Positions 1 to 9,414 of a DNA stretch of 32,336 nt are shown here, one piece after another. The DNA comes from a virus (taxonomy: Duplodnaviria > Heunggongvirae > Uroviricota > Caudoviricetes > Peduoviridae): IMG/VR virus record IMGVR_UViG_2974787824_000001, positions 1 through 32,336 of that record; one strand, written 5' to 3'. The notes under the pieces are model-generated. The model saw nothing but the letters and a program-made list of their open reading frames with translations, was not told the origin of the DNA and did no database searches. Made by a program: the position numbers and the translations under genes. Positions within the stretch are counted from its first letter, which is position 1. Every line of letters starts with the position of its first letter.

Positions 1-141
1 TGGCGGTGGTGCTGATTTTATTTTTTCAGCGTCTGAGCGCGTCGTGATGGCGTTTAGATTGTGCGTCGGGGCATTGGTGTGTCTGCGGGGTGTTTTGTGC
101 GGTGGTGAGCGTGTGAGGGCGTGATGACGGGATGTAAAAAA

Positions 142-157
142 GCCGCCCGCAGGCGGC
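142..157 (-). terminator. Putative rho-independent terminator after Q (end of leftward P-Q late operon)
   Basis: Inverted repeat GCCGCC-cgca-GGCGGC at 142-157; on the minus strand it is followed by a T-run (complement of aaaaaa at 135-140), immediately 3' of the Q stop. Confidence 0.5.
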
Positions 158-162
158 GATGT

Positions 163-1197
163 TCAGTCGTTGTCAGTGTCCAGTGAGTAGTTTTTAAAGC
201 GGATGACCTCCTGACCGAGCCAGCCGTTTATCTCTCGGATCCTGTCCTGTAACGGGATAAGCTCATTGCGGACAAAGACCTTTGCCACTTTCTCAATATC
301 ACCCAGCGACCCGACGTTCTCCGGCTTGCCGCCCATCAACTGAAAGGGGATGCGGTGCGCGTCCAGCAGGTCTGCGGCACTGGCTTTTTTGATATTAAAA
401 AAATCGTCCTTCGTTGCCACTTCACTGAGGGGGATAATTTTAATGCCGTCGGCTTTCCCCTGCGGGGCATAGAGAAACAGATTTTTAAAGTTATTGCGGC
501 CTTTCGACTTAACCATGTTTTCGCGAAGCATTTCGATATCGTTGCGATCCTGCACGGCATCGGTAACGTACATGATGTATCCGGCATGTGCGCCGTTTTC
601 GTAATACTTGCGGCGGAACAGCGTGGCCGACTCATTCAGCCAGGCAGAGTTAAGGGCGCTGAGATATTCCGGCAGGCCGTACAGCTCCTGATTAATATCG
701 GGCTCCAGCAGGTGAAACACGGAACCGGGCGCGAAGGCTGTCGGCTCGTTGAAGGACGGCACCCACCAGTAAAGATCCTCCTCCACGCCACGGCGGGTAT
801 ATTTTGCCGGTGAGGTTTCCAGTCTGATGACCTTACCGGTGGGGCTGTAACGCTTTTCCAGAAACGCATTACCGAACACCAGAAAATCCAGCACAAAGCG
901 GCTGAAATCCTGCTGGGAAAGCCACGGGTGCGGGATAAACGTTGAAGCCAGAATATTACGTTTGACGTAAATCGGTGAGCTGTGATGCACGGCAGCACGC
1001 AGGCTTTTTGCCAGACCGGTAAAGCTGACCGGTGGCTCATACCATCTGCCGTTACTGATGCATTCGACGTAATCCAGAATGTCACGGCGGTCGAGTACCG
1101 GCACTGGCTCACCAAAGGTGAATGCCTCCATTTTCGGGGCGCTGGCGGTCATTTTTTTTGCCGCAGGTTGCTGTGTTTTCCCTTTTTTCTTGCTCAT
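163..1197 (-). CDS. Q: Capsid portal protein (P2 gpQ-like)
   Basis: 344-aa ORF; sequence and length match my recollection of P2 portal protein Q (MSKKKGKT...NYSLDTDND); start overlaps the P stop (ATGA coupling). Confidence 0.93.
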   Translation of the reverse strand: MSKKKGKTQQPAAKKMTASAPKMEAFTFGEPVPVLDRRDILDYVECISNGRWYEPPVSFTGLAKSLRAAVHHSSPIYVKRNILASTFIPHPWLSQQDFSRFVLDFLVFGNAFLEKRYSPTGKVIRLETSPAKYTRRGVEEDLYWWVPSFNEPTAFAPGSVFHLLEPDINQELYGLPEYLSALNSAWLNESATLFRRKYYENGAHAGYIMYVTDAVQDRNDIEMLRENMVKSKGRNNFKNLFLYAPQGKADGIKIIPLSEVATKDDFFNIKKASAADLLDAHRIPFQLMGGKPENVGSLGDIEKVAKVFVRNELIPLQDRIREINGWLGQEVIRFKNYSLDTDND

Positions 1198-2969
1198 CAG
1201 TAAAACTCCAGAATGGTGGATGTCAGCGGGGTGCTGATACCGGCGGTGAGTGGCTCATTTAACAGGGCGTGCATGGTCGCCCAGGCGAGGTCGGCGTGGC
1301 TGGCTTCCTCGCTGCGGCTGGCCTCATACGTGGCGCTGCGTCCGCTGCTGGTCATGGTCTTGCGGATAGCCATAAACGAGCTGGTGATGTCGGTGGCGCT
1401 GACGTCATATTCCAGACAGCCACGACGGATAACGTCTTTTGCCTTGAGCACCATTGCGGTTTTCATTTCCGGCGTGTAGCGGATATCGCGCGCGGCGGGA
1501 TAGAACGAGCGCACGAGCTGGAACACGCCGACACCGAGGCCGGTGGCATCAATTCCGATGTATTCGACGTTGTATTTTTCGGTGAGTTTGCGGATGGATT
1601 CTGCCTGGGTGGCAAAGTCCATGCCTTTCCACTGGTGACGCTCAAGTATTCTGAATTTGCCACCGGCCACCACCGGCGGTGCCAGCACCACGCATCCGGC
1701 GCTGTCGCCACGGTGTGACGGGTCGTAACCAATCCATACCGGGCGGGAGCCGAACGGATTTGCGGCAAACGGTGCATAGTCTTCCCATTCTTCCAGCGTG
1801 TCGACCATGCAGCGTTGCAGCTCCTCGAACGGGAACACCGACGCCTTGTCGTCAACAAATTCACACATGAACAGGTTTTTAAAATCGTCGGCGCTGTTTT
1901 CGCGTTTAAGCTGCTCAATGTCGAACAGCGTGCAGCCACCTTTCAGGGCGTCCTCAATGGTGACAATCTGCCGCCACTGGCCGTCTGCACAGAGAAGCCC
2001 ACCGGCAAGGGCGTTATGACTGACGTCGATTTCCACGCGTTCGGCGGCGCTGGCGCGTCCCCGGTTAAACAGTTCACCCGACCAGAACGGGTAGGCGTCG
2101 TGCGCCAGCGTGGACGGGGTGGAGAAATAGGTCGAGCGCAGGTGACTCTGTGAGGCCATACCTGATGCCACCTTACGCAGTACCTGAAAATTCGGGATCC
2201 AGAAAATCTCGTCGACGTACAGGTCGCCGTTATGGCTCTGTGCGGTGTTGGAGTTGGTGCCGAGAAAAATCAGTTTTGCGCCGTTATTGCCCAGGACAAT
2301 CGGGTCACCAGTCAGGTCAACGTCAACCAGCCGGGCAAAGGCGATGATGTATTCGCGGAACACATACGCCTGCGTTTTACTGGCCGACAGAAAAATCTGG
2401 TTATGGCCGGTTTTCAGGGCGCGCAGCAGCGCCTCGCGGGAAAAATAAAACGTCGCGCCAATCTGGCGGGATTTCAGGATATCGCGGATGCGGTGCTCAA
2501 GCCCGGCGCGATACCAGTGCAACTGATATTCGAAAGACTGCTCAAAGAAAATCTGCTCCAGCTTTTCGATGGCCTCGTCACTGAAAAAATTCTTTTTCGG
2601 TTTGCGACGCCCGCCTTTGTTGCGGTTAGCGACGTTCGGATTAAGGTCTGCCTCGTTGCCGGTCTGACTGTAGCGGTTGACCCGCGCCAGTCGTTCAATC
2701 TGGCGTCCCAGCAGGTCAATTTCCTTGAAGTCACCGCCGGTTTTCTGCGGTTTGATGATGAGCTGGGTCAGCCGCGCTTCCAGACTCATTTCGACACGGC
2801 TGATGGGGGCAACGCTGTCCCAGCCGTCGCGCTGCTTCCAGCTCTGCACCGTCGGGCGTTTCATCTGCAACATGGCGGCAATCTGCGGCACGGAAAATCC
2901 CTGCCAGTACAGCAGCGCCGCCTGACGACGCGGGTCGTGTAAAAGAGTGGTGTCTGTGGTGATGGTCAT
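1197..2969 (-). CDS. P: Terminase large (ATPase) subunit (P2 gpP-like)
   Basis: Long ORF divergent from O; start taken at the internal Met (MTITTDTT...), giving about 590 aa as I recall for P2 P; the ORF-track start at 2999 is probably a short N-terminal over-extension. Confidence 0.9.
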   Translation of the reverse strand: MTITTDTTLLHDPRRQAALLYWQGFSVPQIAAMLQMKRPTVQSWKQRDGWDSVAPISRVEMSLEARLTQLIIKPQKTGGDFKEIDLLGRQIERLARVNRYSQTGNEADLNPNVANRNKGGRRKPKKNFFSDEAIEKLEQIFFEQSFEYQLHWYRAGLEHRIRDILKSRQIGATFYFSREALLRALKTGHNQIFLSASKTQAYVFREYIIAFARLVDVDLTGDPIVLGNNGAKLIFLGTNSNTAQSHNGDLYVDEIFWIPNFQVLRKVASGMASQSHLRSTYFSTPSTLAHDAYPFWSGELFNRGRASAAERVEIDVSHNALAGGLLCADGQWRQIVTIEDALKGGCTLFDIEQLKRENSADDFKNLFMCEFVDDKASVFPFEELQRCMVDTLEEWEDYAPFAANPFGSRPVWIGYDPSHRGDSAGCVVLAPPVVAGGKFRILERHQWKGMDFATQAESIRKLTEKYNVEYIGIDATGLGVGVFQLVRSFYPAARDIRYTPEMKTAMVLKAKDVIRRGCLEYDVSATDITSSFMAIRKTMTSSGRSATYEASRSEEASHADLAWATMHALLNEPLTAGISTPLTSTILEFY

Positions 2970-3037
2970 GAATACCTCGCCGTGATGAATACACGGCAAG
3001 GCTACTGAGTCGCGCCCCGCGATTCGCTAAGGTGCTG

Positions 3038-3067
3038 TTGTGTCAGTGATAAGCCATCCGGGACTGA
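3038..3067 (+). promoter_or_regulatory. Candidate late-promoter activator element upstream of O
   Basis: 30-nt motif TTGTGTCAGTGATAAGCCATCCGGGACTGA about 76 nt upstream of the O start; 21 of 30 positions are identical to a motif upstream of FI (17666-17695). Confidence 0.45.
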
Positions 3068-3142
3068 TGGCGGAGGATGCGCATCGTCGGGAAACTGATG
3101 CCGACATGTGACTCCTCTAATCACTATTCAGGACTCCTGACA

Positions 3143-3997
3143 ATGGCAAAAAAAGTCTCAAAATTCTTTCGTATCGGCGTTGAGGGTGACACCTGTGACG
3201 GGCGTGTCATCAGTGCGCAGGATATTCAGGAAATGGCCGAAACCTTTGACCCGCGAGTCTATGGTTGCCGCATTAACCTGGAACATCTGCGCGGCATCCT
3301 GCCTGACGGTATTTTTAAGCGTTATGGCGATGTGGCCGAACTGAAGGCCGAAAAGATTGACGATGATTCGGCGCTGAAAGGCAAATGGGCGCTGTTTGCG
3401 AAAATCACCCCGACCGATGACCTTATCGCGATGAACAAGGCCGCGCAGAAGGTCTACACCTCAATGGAAATTCAGCCGAACTTTGCCAACACCGGCAAAT
3501 GTTATCTGGTGGGGCTGGCCGTCACCGATGACCCGGCAAGCCTCGGCACGGAATACCTGGAATTCTGCCGCACGGCAAAACACAACCCTCTGAACCGCTT
3601 CAAATTAAGCCCTGAAAACCTGATTTCAGTGGCAACGCCTGTTGAGCTGGAATTTGAAGACCTGCCTGAAAGCGTGTTCACCGCCCTGACTGAAAAGGTG
3701 AAATCCATTTTTGGCCGCAAACAGGCCAGCGATGACGCCCGTCTGAATGATGTGCATGAAGCGGTGACCGCTGTTGCTGAACATGTGCAGGAAAAACTGA
3801 GCGCCACTGAGCAGCGCCTCGCAGAGATGGAAACCGCCTTTTCCGCACTTAAGCAGGATGTAGCTGACAGGGCGGATGAAACCAGCCAGGCATTCACCCG
3901 CCTGAAAAACAGTCTCGACCACACCGAAAGTCTGACCCAGCAGCGCCGCAGCAAGGCCACCGGCGGTGGCGGTGACGCCCTGATGACGAACTGCTGA
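3143..3997 (+). CDS. O: Capsid scaffolding protein (P2 gpO-like)
   Basis: ATG at 3143 (MAKKVSKFFRIG...) gives 284 aa, the P2 O length as I recall; first gene of the rightward O-N-M-L capsid operon. Confidence 0.9.
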   Translation: MAKKVSKFFRIGVEGDTCDGRVISAQDIQEMAETFDPRVYGCRINLEHLRGILPDGIFKRYGDVAELKAEKIDDDSALKGKWALFAKITPTDDLIAMNKAAQKVYTSMEIQPNFANTGKCYLVGLAVTDDPASLGTEYLEFCRTAKHNPLNRFKLSPENLISVATPVELEFEDLPESVFTALTEKVKSIFGRKQASDDARLNDVHEAVTAVAEHVQEKLSATEQRLAEMETAFSALKQDVADRADETSQAFTRLKNSLDHTESLTQQRRSKATGGGGDALMTNC

Positions 3998-4055
3998 CCG
4001 GCGTCAGTCAGTCCGGGAAAACCTTCACGATTAACCCTTAATTTCAGGAAAAACT

Positions 4056-5129
4056 ATGCGCCAGGAAACCCGCTTTAAATTTAATGCCTACCTGTCCCGT
4101 GTTGCCGAGCTGAACGGCATCGACGCCGGTGATGTGTCGAAAAAATTCACCGTTGAACCGTCGGTCACCCAGACCCTGATGAACACCATGCAGGAGTCCT
4201 CTGACTTTCTGACCCGCATCAACATTGTGCCGGTCAGCGAAATGAAAGGGGAAAAAATTGGTATCGGTGTCACCGGCTCCATCGCCAGCACCACCGACAC
4301 CGCCGGTGGCACCGAGCGTCAGCCGAAGGACTTCTCGAAGCTGGCGTCAAACAAGTACGAATGCGACCAGATTAACTTCGATTTTTATATCCGCTACAAA
4401 ACGCTGGACCTGTGGGCGCGTTATCAGGATTTCCAGCTCCGTGTCCGTAACGCCATTATCAAACGCCAGTCCCTTGATTTCATCATGGCCGGTTTTAACG
4501 GCGTGAAGCGTGCCGAAACCTCTGACCGCAGCAGCAATCCGATGCTGCAGGATGTGGCGGTCGGCTGGCTGCAGAAATACCGCAATGAAGCCCCGGCGCG
4601 CGTGATGAGCAAGGTCACTGACGAGGAAGGCCGCACCACCTCTGAGGTCATCCGCGTGGGTAAGGGCGGTGATTATGCCAGCCTCGATGCACTGGTGATG
4701 GATGCGACCAACAACCTGATTGAGCCGTGGTATCAGGAAGACCCTGACCTTGTGGTGATTGTGGGGCGTCAGCTACTGGCGGACAAGTATTTCCCCATCG
4801 TTAACAAAGAGCAGGACAACAGCGAAATGCTGGCCGCTGACGTCATCATCAGCCAGAAACGCATCGGTAACCTGCCGGCGGTACGCGTCCCGTACTTCCC
4901 GGCGGATGCGATGCTCATCACGAAGCTGGAAAACCTGTCCATCTACTACATGGATGACAGCCATCGCCGCGTGATTGAGGAAAACCCGAAACTCGACCGC
5001 GTGGAGAACTACGAGTCAATGAACATTGATTACGTGGTGGAAGACTACGCCGCCGGTTGTCTGGTGGAAAAAATTAAGGTCGGTGATTTCTCCACACCGG
5101 CTAAGGCGACCGCAGAGCCGGGAGCGTAA
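4056..5129 (+). CDS. N: Major capsid protein (P2 gpN-like)
   Basis: 357-aa ORF directly after O; sequence recognised as P2-type major capsid precursor. Confidence 0.93.
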   Translation: MRQETRFKFNAYLSRVAELNGIDAGDVSKKFTVEPSVTQTLMNTMQESSDFLTRINIVPVSEMKGEKIGIGVTGSIASTTDTAGGTERQPKDFSKLASNKYECDQINFDFYIRYKTLDLWARYQDFQLRVRNAIIKRQSLDFIMAGFNGVKRAETSDRSSNPMLQDVAVGWLQKYRNEAPARVMSKVTDEEGRTTSEVIRVGKGGDYASLDALVMDATNNLIEPWYQEDPDLVVIVGRQLLADKYFPIVNKEQDNSEMLAADVIISQKRIGNLPAVRVPYFPADAMLITKLENLSIYYMDDSHRRVIEENPKLDRVENYESMNIDYVVEDYAAGCLVEKIKVGDFSTPAKATAEPGA

Positions 5130-5132
5130 CCG

Positions 5133-5876
5133 ATGACGAGTCCCGCACAGCGCCACATGATGCGGGTCTCGGCAGCGATGACCGCGCAGCGGGACGCCGC
5201 CCCGCTGCGACATGCAACTGTCTATGAGCAGATGCTGGTTAAGCTGGCCGCAGACCAGCGCACACTGAAAGCGATTTATTCAAAAGAGCTGAAGGCCGCA
5301 AAAAAACGCGAACTGCTGCCGTTCTGGTTGCCGTGGGTGAACGGCGTGCTGGAGCAGGGCAAAGGTGCACAGGATGACATTCTGATGACGGTCATGCTGT
5401 GGCGTCTGGATACCGGCGATATTGCCGGTGCGCTGGAGATTGCCCGTTATGCCCTGAAGTACGGTCTGACCATGCCGGGTAAATACCGCCGCACCCCGCC
5501 GTACATGTTCACCGAGGAAGTGGCGCTTGCGGCCATGCGCGCTCACGCTGCCGGTGAGTCTGTGGATCCCCGCCTGCTGATGGACACCCTCGAACTGACC
5601 GCCACGGCTGACATGCCTGATGAAGTGCGCGCAAAGCTGCACAAAATCACCGGTCTGTTTCTGCGTGACGCTGGTGATGCCGCAGGGGCGCTGGCACACC
5701 TGCAACGTGCGACACAGCTCGACTGTCAGGCAGGCGTCAAAAAAGAGATTGAACGACTGGAGCGGGAGCTGAAACCGAAGCCGGAGCCGCAGCCCAAAGC
5801 GGCCACCCGCGCCCCGCGTAAGACCCGGAGCGTGACACCGGCAAAACGTGGACGCCCGAAAAAGAAAGCCAGTTAA
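5133..5876 (+). CDS. M: Terminase small (endonuclease) subunit (P2 gpM-like)
   Basis: 247-aa ORF with basic Lys/Arg/Pro-rich C-terminus; position and sequence as in P2 M. Confidence 0.9.
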   Translation: MTSPAQRHMMRVSAAMTAQRDAAPLRHATVYEQMLVKLAADQRTLKAIYSKELKAAKKRELLPFWLPWVNGVLEQGKGAQDDILMTVMLWRLDTGDIAGALEIARYALKYGLTMPGKYRRTPPYMFTEEVALAAMRAHAAGESVDPRLLMDTLELTATADMPDEVRAKLHKITGLFLRDAGDAAGALAHLQRATQLDCQAGVKKEIERLERELKPKPEPQPKAATRAPRKTRSVTPAKRGRPKKKAS

Positions 5877-5975
5877 CAACCGAATGCGCCCCGCGCCAGG
5901 GCGGCACGCCGGTCAGTGAGGGTGAATCACCTGACACTGCACCGGCGTCCACCGCCCGACTTTTCAGAGGTAGTC

Positions 5976-6485
5976 ATGATGACGCTGATTATTCCGCGAA
6001 AGGAGGCTCCCGTGTCCGGTGAGGGTACGGTGGTCATCCCGCAACCGGCAGGCGACGAGCCGGTGATTAAAAACACGTTCTTTTTTCCCGATATCGACCC
6101 GAAGCGCGTCCGGGAACGTATGCGCCTTGAGCAGACCGTCGCCCCCGCCCGTCTGCGTGAGGCCATCAAGTCAGGCATGGCGGAGACGAATGCGGAGCTG
6201 TACGAGTACCGCGAACAGAAAATTGCCGCCGGTTTTACGCGTCTGGCGGACGTCCCGGCGGACGACATCGACGGTGAAAGCATCAAAGTTTTTTACTACG
6301 AGCGCGCCGTGTGTGCGATGGCGACCGCGTCGCTTTATGAGCGTTATCGCGGCGTGGATGCCAGTGCGAAAGGCGACAAGAAGGCCGACAGCATTGACAG
6401 CACCATTGATGAGCTGTGGCGGGATATGCGCTGGGCGGTGGCGCGCATCCAGGACAAACCGCGCTGCATCGTGAGTCAAATCTGA
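5976..6485 (+). CDS. L: Head completion/stabilisation protein (P2 gpL-like)
   Basis: Start at ATG 5976 preceded by GAGG (5967-5970); 169 aa (MMTLIIPRKEAP...), the P2 L length as I recall. Confidence 0.88.
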   Translation: MMTLIIPRKEAPVSGEGTVVIPQPAGDEPVIKNTFFFPDIDPKRVRERMRLEQTVAPARLREAIKSGMAETNAELYEYREQKIAAGFTRLADVPADDIDGESIKVFYYERAVCAMATASLYERYRGVDASAKGDKKADSIDSTIDELWRDMRWAVARIQDKPRCIVSQI

Positions 6486-6688
6486 TGAAGACCTTTGCGC
6501 TACAGGGCGACACGCTCGACGCCATTTGTGTCCGGTATTACGGGCGCACTGAGGGCGTGGTTGAGACCGTGCTCGCCGCAAATCCGGGACTGGCTGAACT
6601 GGGTGCGGTGCTGCCACACGGCACCGCCGTCGAACTGCCCGACGTTCAGACCGCGCCCGTGGCTGAAACTGTCAATCTGTGGGAGTAA
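6485..6688 (+). CDS. X: Tail protein X (P2 gpX-like)
   Basis: 67-aa product MKTFALQGDTLDAICVRYYGRTEG...; start overlaps the L stop (ATGA). Confidence 0.88.
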   Translation: MKTFALQGDTLDAICVRYYGRTEGVVETVLAANPGLAELGAVLPHGTAVELPDVQTAPVAETVNLWE

Positions 6689-6691
6689 CGC

Positions 6692-6973
6692 ATGACAGCA
6701 GAAGAAAAAAGCGTCCTGTCGCTTTTCATGATTGGAGTGCTGATTGTTGTCGGCAAGGTGCTTGCCGGTGGTGAACCCATCACCCCGCGTCTGTTTATCG
6801 GGCGCATGTTGCTCGGTGGTTTTGTCTCGATGGTTGCCGGTGTTGTTCTGGTGCAGTTTCCTGACCTGTCACTGCCTGCGGTGTGCGGCATCGGCTCCAT
6901 GCTGGGTATCGCCGGTTATCAGGTGATTGAGATTGCCATTCAGCGCCGCTTTAAGGGCAGGGGGAAACAGTAA
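6692..6973 (+). CDS. Y: Holin (P2 gpY-like)
   Basis: 93-aa product with hydrophobic transmembrane segments and a charged C-terminus; sits immediately before the endolysin. Confidence 0.9.
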   Translation: MTAEEKSVLSLFMIGVLIVVGKVLAGGEPITPRLFIGRMLLGGFVSMVAGVVLVQFPDLSLPAVCGIGSMLGIAGYQVIEIAIQRRFKGRGKQ

Positions 6974-7470
6974 TGCCGGTAATTAACACGCATCAGAATA
7001 TCGCCGCCTTTCTCGACATGCTGGCCGTGTCCGAAGGGACGGCGAATCATCCGCTGACGAAAAACCGGGGCTATGACGTGATAGTCACCGGACTGGACGG
7101 GAAGCCGGAAATTTTCACCGACTACAGTGACCACCCGTTCGCGCATGGCCGACCGGCGAAGGTGTTTAACCGTCGCGGTGAAAAATCCACGGCCTCCGGT
7201 CGCTATCAGCAGCTTTACCTGTTCTGGCCGCACTACCGCAAACAGCTTGCCCTGCCTGATTTCAGTCCGTTGTCACAGGACAGACTTGCCATTCAGTTGA
7301 TCCGCGAACGCGGTGCACTGGATGACATCCGGGCGGGACGCATTGAACGCGCCATTTCACGCTGTCGCAATATCTGGGCGTCCCTGCCGGGTGCCGGTTA
7401 CGGTCAGCGTGAGCATTCACTGGAAAAACTGGTCACCGTCTGGCGTACCGCTGGCGGCGTACCGGCTTAA
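6973..7470 (+). CDS. K: Endolysin / lysozyme (P2 gpK-like)
   Basis: 165-aa product; lambda-R/T4-lysozyme-like N-terminus (LAVSEGT...); follows the holin. Confidence 0.92.
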   Translation: MPVINTHQNIAAFLDMLAVSEGTANHPLTKNRGYDVIVTGLDGKPEIFTDYSDHPFAHGRPAKVFNRRGEKSTASGRYQQLYLFWPHYRKQLALPDFSPLSQDRLAIQLIRERGALDDIRAGRIERAISRCRNIWASLPGAGYGQREHSLEKLVTVWRTAGGVPA

Positions 7471-7484
7471 ACGGAGTAAACACC

Positions 7485-7910
7485 ATGAAGAAATTATCCC
7501 TTTCACTGATGCTGAACGTGTCGCTGGCGCTGATGCTGGCACTGTCCCTGATTTACCCGCAGAGCGTGGCCGTCAGTTTTGTCGCCACCTGGGCGATTCT
7601 GGCGACGGTTATCTGTGTGGTTGCCGGTGGTGTCGGCATGTATGTCACTGAGTATGTGCTGGAACGCTACGGGCGGGAGCTGCCGCCGGAATCGCTGGCC
7701 GTGCAGATTGTCACGTCGCTGTTTTTGCAGCCGGTGCCGTGGCGCAGACGGGCGGCGGCTCTGGTGGTGATGGTGGCGACGTTTGTCTCGCTGGTCGCTG
7801 CCGGGTGGATTTTTACCGCGCTGATTTATCTCGTGGCGTCGCTGTTCTTCCGGCTGATACGTACGGCCTGCCGTCAGCGTTTTGAGGGGCGGGAACCATG
7901 TCAAAGCTGA
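7485..7910 (+). CDS. lysA: Lysis accessory membrane protein LysA
   Basis: 141-aa multi-transmembrane product after K, as in the P2 lysis cassette. Confidence 0.85.
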   Translation: MKKLSLSLMLNVSLALMLALSLIYPQSVAVSFVATWAILATVICVVAGGVGMYVTEYVLERYGRELPPESLAVQIVTSLFLQPVPWRRRAAALVVMVATFVSLVAAGWIFTALIYLVASLFFRLIRTACRQRFEGREPCQS

Positions 7911-8341
7911 TGATTGTGCTGGTCGTGTTGTTATCGCTGGCGGTGGCCGGTCTGTTTCTGGTGAAGCATGAAAACGCCAGCCTGCGCGCCTCGCTGGACA
8001 GGGTGAACAACGTCGCCAGTGAACAGCAGACGACCATCACTATGCTGAAAAATCAGCTTCATGTTGCCCTCACCAGGGCAGACAAAAACGAGCTGGCGCA
8101 GGTGGCACTGCGTCAGGAACTGGAGAACGCCGCGAAGCGTGAAGCACAGCGCGAGAAAACCATCACGAGGTTACTTAATGAAAACGAAGATTTTCGCCGC
8201 TGGTACGGCGCTGACCTGCCTGATACTGTGCGCCGGTTGCACCAGCGCCCCGCCTGCACCGATGCCAGTGATTGTCCACAACGCCTGCCCGAAAGTGAGT
8301 CTTTGCCCGATGCCGGGCAGCGACCCGGAGACGAACGGTGA
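7898..8341 (+). CDS. lysB: i-spanin (Rz-like) LysB
   Basis: 147-aa product with N-terminal transmembrane anchor (MSKLMIVLVVLLSLAVAGLFLV) and coiled-coil-like periplasmic domain. Confidence 0.88.
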   Translation: MSKLMIVLVVLLSLAVAGLFLVKHENASLRASLDRVNNVASEQQTTITMLKNQLHVALTRADKNELAQVALRQELENAAKREAQREKTITRLLNENEDFRRWYGADLPDTVRRLHQRPACTDASDCPQRLPESESLPDAGQRPGDER

Positions 8342-8468
8342 TTTAAGTGCCGATATCCGGCAGCTTGAGAACGCGCTGGCGCGCTGTGCCAGCCAGGTAA
8401 AAATGATTAAACACTGTCAGGACGAAAACGATGCTCAAACCCGACAGCCTGCGCAGGGCGCTGACTGA
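8178..8468 (+). CDS. lysC: o-spanin (Rz1-like lipoprotein) LysC, embedded out of frame in lysB
   Basis: ATG at 8178 in the +1 frame relative to lysB; product MKTKIFAAGTALTCLILCAGCTS... carries a signal peptide and lipobox (LCAGC), is Pro-rich, 96 aa. Confidence 0.8.
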   Translation: MKTKIFAAGTALTCLILCAGCTSAPPAPMPVIVHNACPKVSLCPMPGSDPETNGDLSADIRQLENALARCASQVKMIKHCQDENDAQTRQPAQGAD

Positions 8469-8898
8469 TGCCGTCACGGTGCTGAAAACTAACCCCGATA
8501 TGCTGCGGATATTCGTGGATAACGGGAGTATTGCCTCCACACTGGCGACGTCGCTGTCATTCGAAAAGCGTTACACGCTCAATGTCATTGTGACCGACTT
8601 TACCGGTGATTTTGACCTGCTCATCGTGCCGGTGCTGGCGTGGCTGCGGGAAAATCAGCCAGACATCATGACCACCGACGCAGGCCAGAAAAAGGGCTTC
8701 ACGTTTTATGCAGACATCAACAATGACAGCAGCTTTGATATCAGTATCAGCCTGATGCTGACCGAGCGCACGCTGGTCAGTGAGGTGGACGGTGCGCTGC
8801 ATGTGAAGAATATCCCGGAACCCACGCCGCCGGAGCCGGTCACCCGCCCGATGGAGCTTTATATCAATGGCGAACTGGTGAGCAAGTGGGATGAATGA
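8431..8898 (+). CDS. R: Tail completion protein (P2 gpR-like)
   Basis: 155-aa ORF; sequence and position as in P2 R. Confidence 0.88.
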   Translation: MLKPDSLRRALTDAVTVLKTNPDMLRIFVDNGSIASTLATSLSFEKRYTLNVIVTDFTGDFDLLIVPVLAWLRENQPDIMTTDAGQKKGFTFYADINNDSSFDISISLMLTERTLVSEVDGALHVKNIPEPTPPEPVTRPMELYINGELVSKWDE

Positions 8899-9343
8899 GT
8901 TTAAGCGTTTTGAAGACCGGCTGACCGGACTGATTGAATCGTTGTCACCGTCAGGGCGTCGGAGACTGAGCGCCGAACTGGCGAAGCGCCTGCGGCAGAG
9001 TCAGCAGCGTCGGGTGATGGCACAGAAAGCCCCGGACGGCACACCCTACGCGCCACGCCAGCAGCAGAGCGCCAGAAAAAAGACTGGTCGTGTTAAGCGA
9101 AAAATGTTTGCGAAACTTATCACCAGTCGTTTTTTGCATATCCGCGCCAGCCCGGAACAGGCATCAATGGAGTTTTACGGCGGGAAGTCACCGAAAATCG
9201 CCAGCGTGCATCAGTTCGGTCTGTCGGAAGAAACCCGGAAAGACGGTAAGAAAATTGATTATCCGGCGCGTCCTCTGCTCGGCTTTACCGGTGAGGATGT
9301 GCAGATGATTGAAGAGATTATCCTGGCTCACCTTGAGCGTTAG
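8891..9343 (+). CDS. S: Tail completion protein (P2 gpS-like)
   Basis: 150-aa ORF overlapping the R stop; sequence as in P2 S. Confidence 0.88.
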   Translation: MNEFKRFEDRLTGLIESLSPSGRRRLSAELAKRLRQSQQRRVMAQKAPDGTPYAPRQQQSARKKTGRVKRKMFAKLITSRFLHIRASPEQASMEFYGGKSPKIASVHQFGLSEETRKDGKKIDYPARPLLGFTGEDVQMIEEIILAHLER

Positions 9344-9373
9344 TTTTATCCAGGCAGAGGCTGATGCGCAATT

Positions 9374-9408
9374 AAACATTGAGCGGCTGTGCAGGTCGCT
9401 CAATGTTT
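9374..9408. terminator. Strong hairpin between convergent S and the S/V-locus cargo gene (probable bidirectional terminator)
   Basis: 12-bp perfect inverted repeat AAACATTGAGCG (9374-9385) / CGCTCAATGTTT (9397-9408) with an 11-nt loop, between the S stop (9343) and the convergent minus-strand gene ending at 9415. Confidence 0.5.
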
Positions 9409-9414
9409 AGAGGA

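Noticed and set aside
336-1115. Overlapping ORFs on both strands inside Q (336-635, 355-813, 636-1115, 982-1203)
   Set aside because: They lie entirely within the well-supported portal gene; they are typical spurious ORFs of GC-rich DNA.
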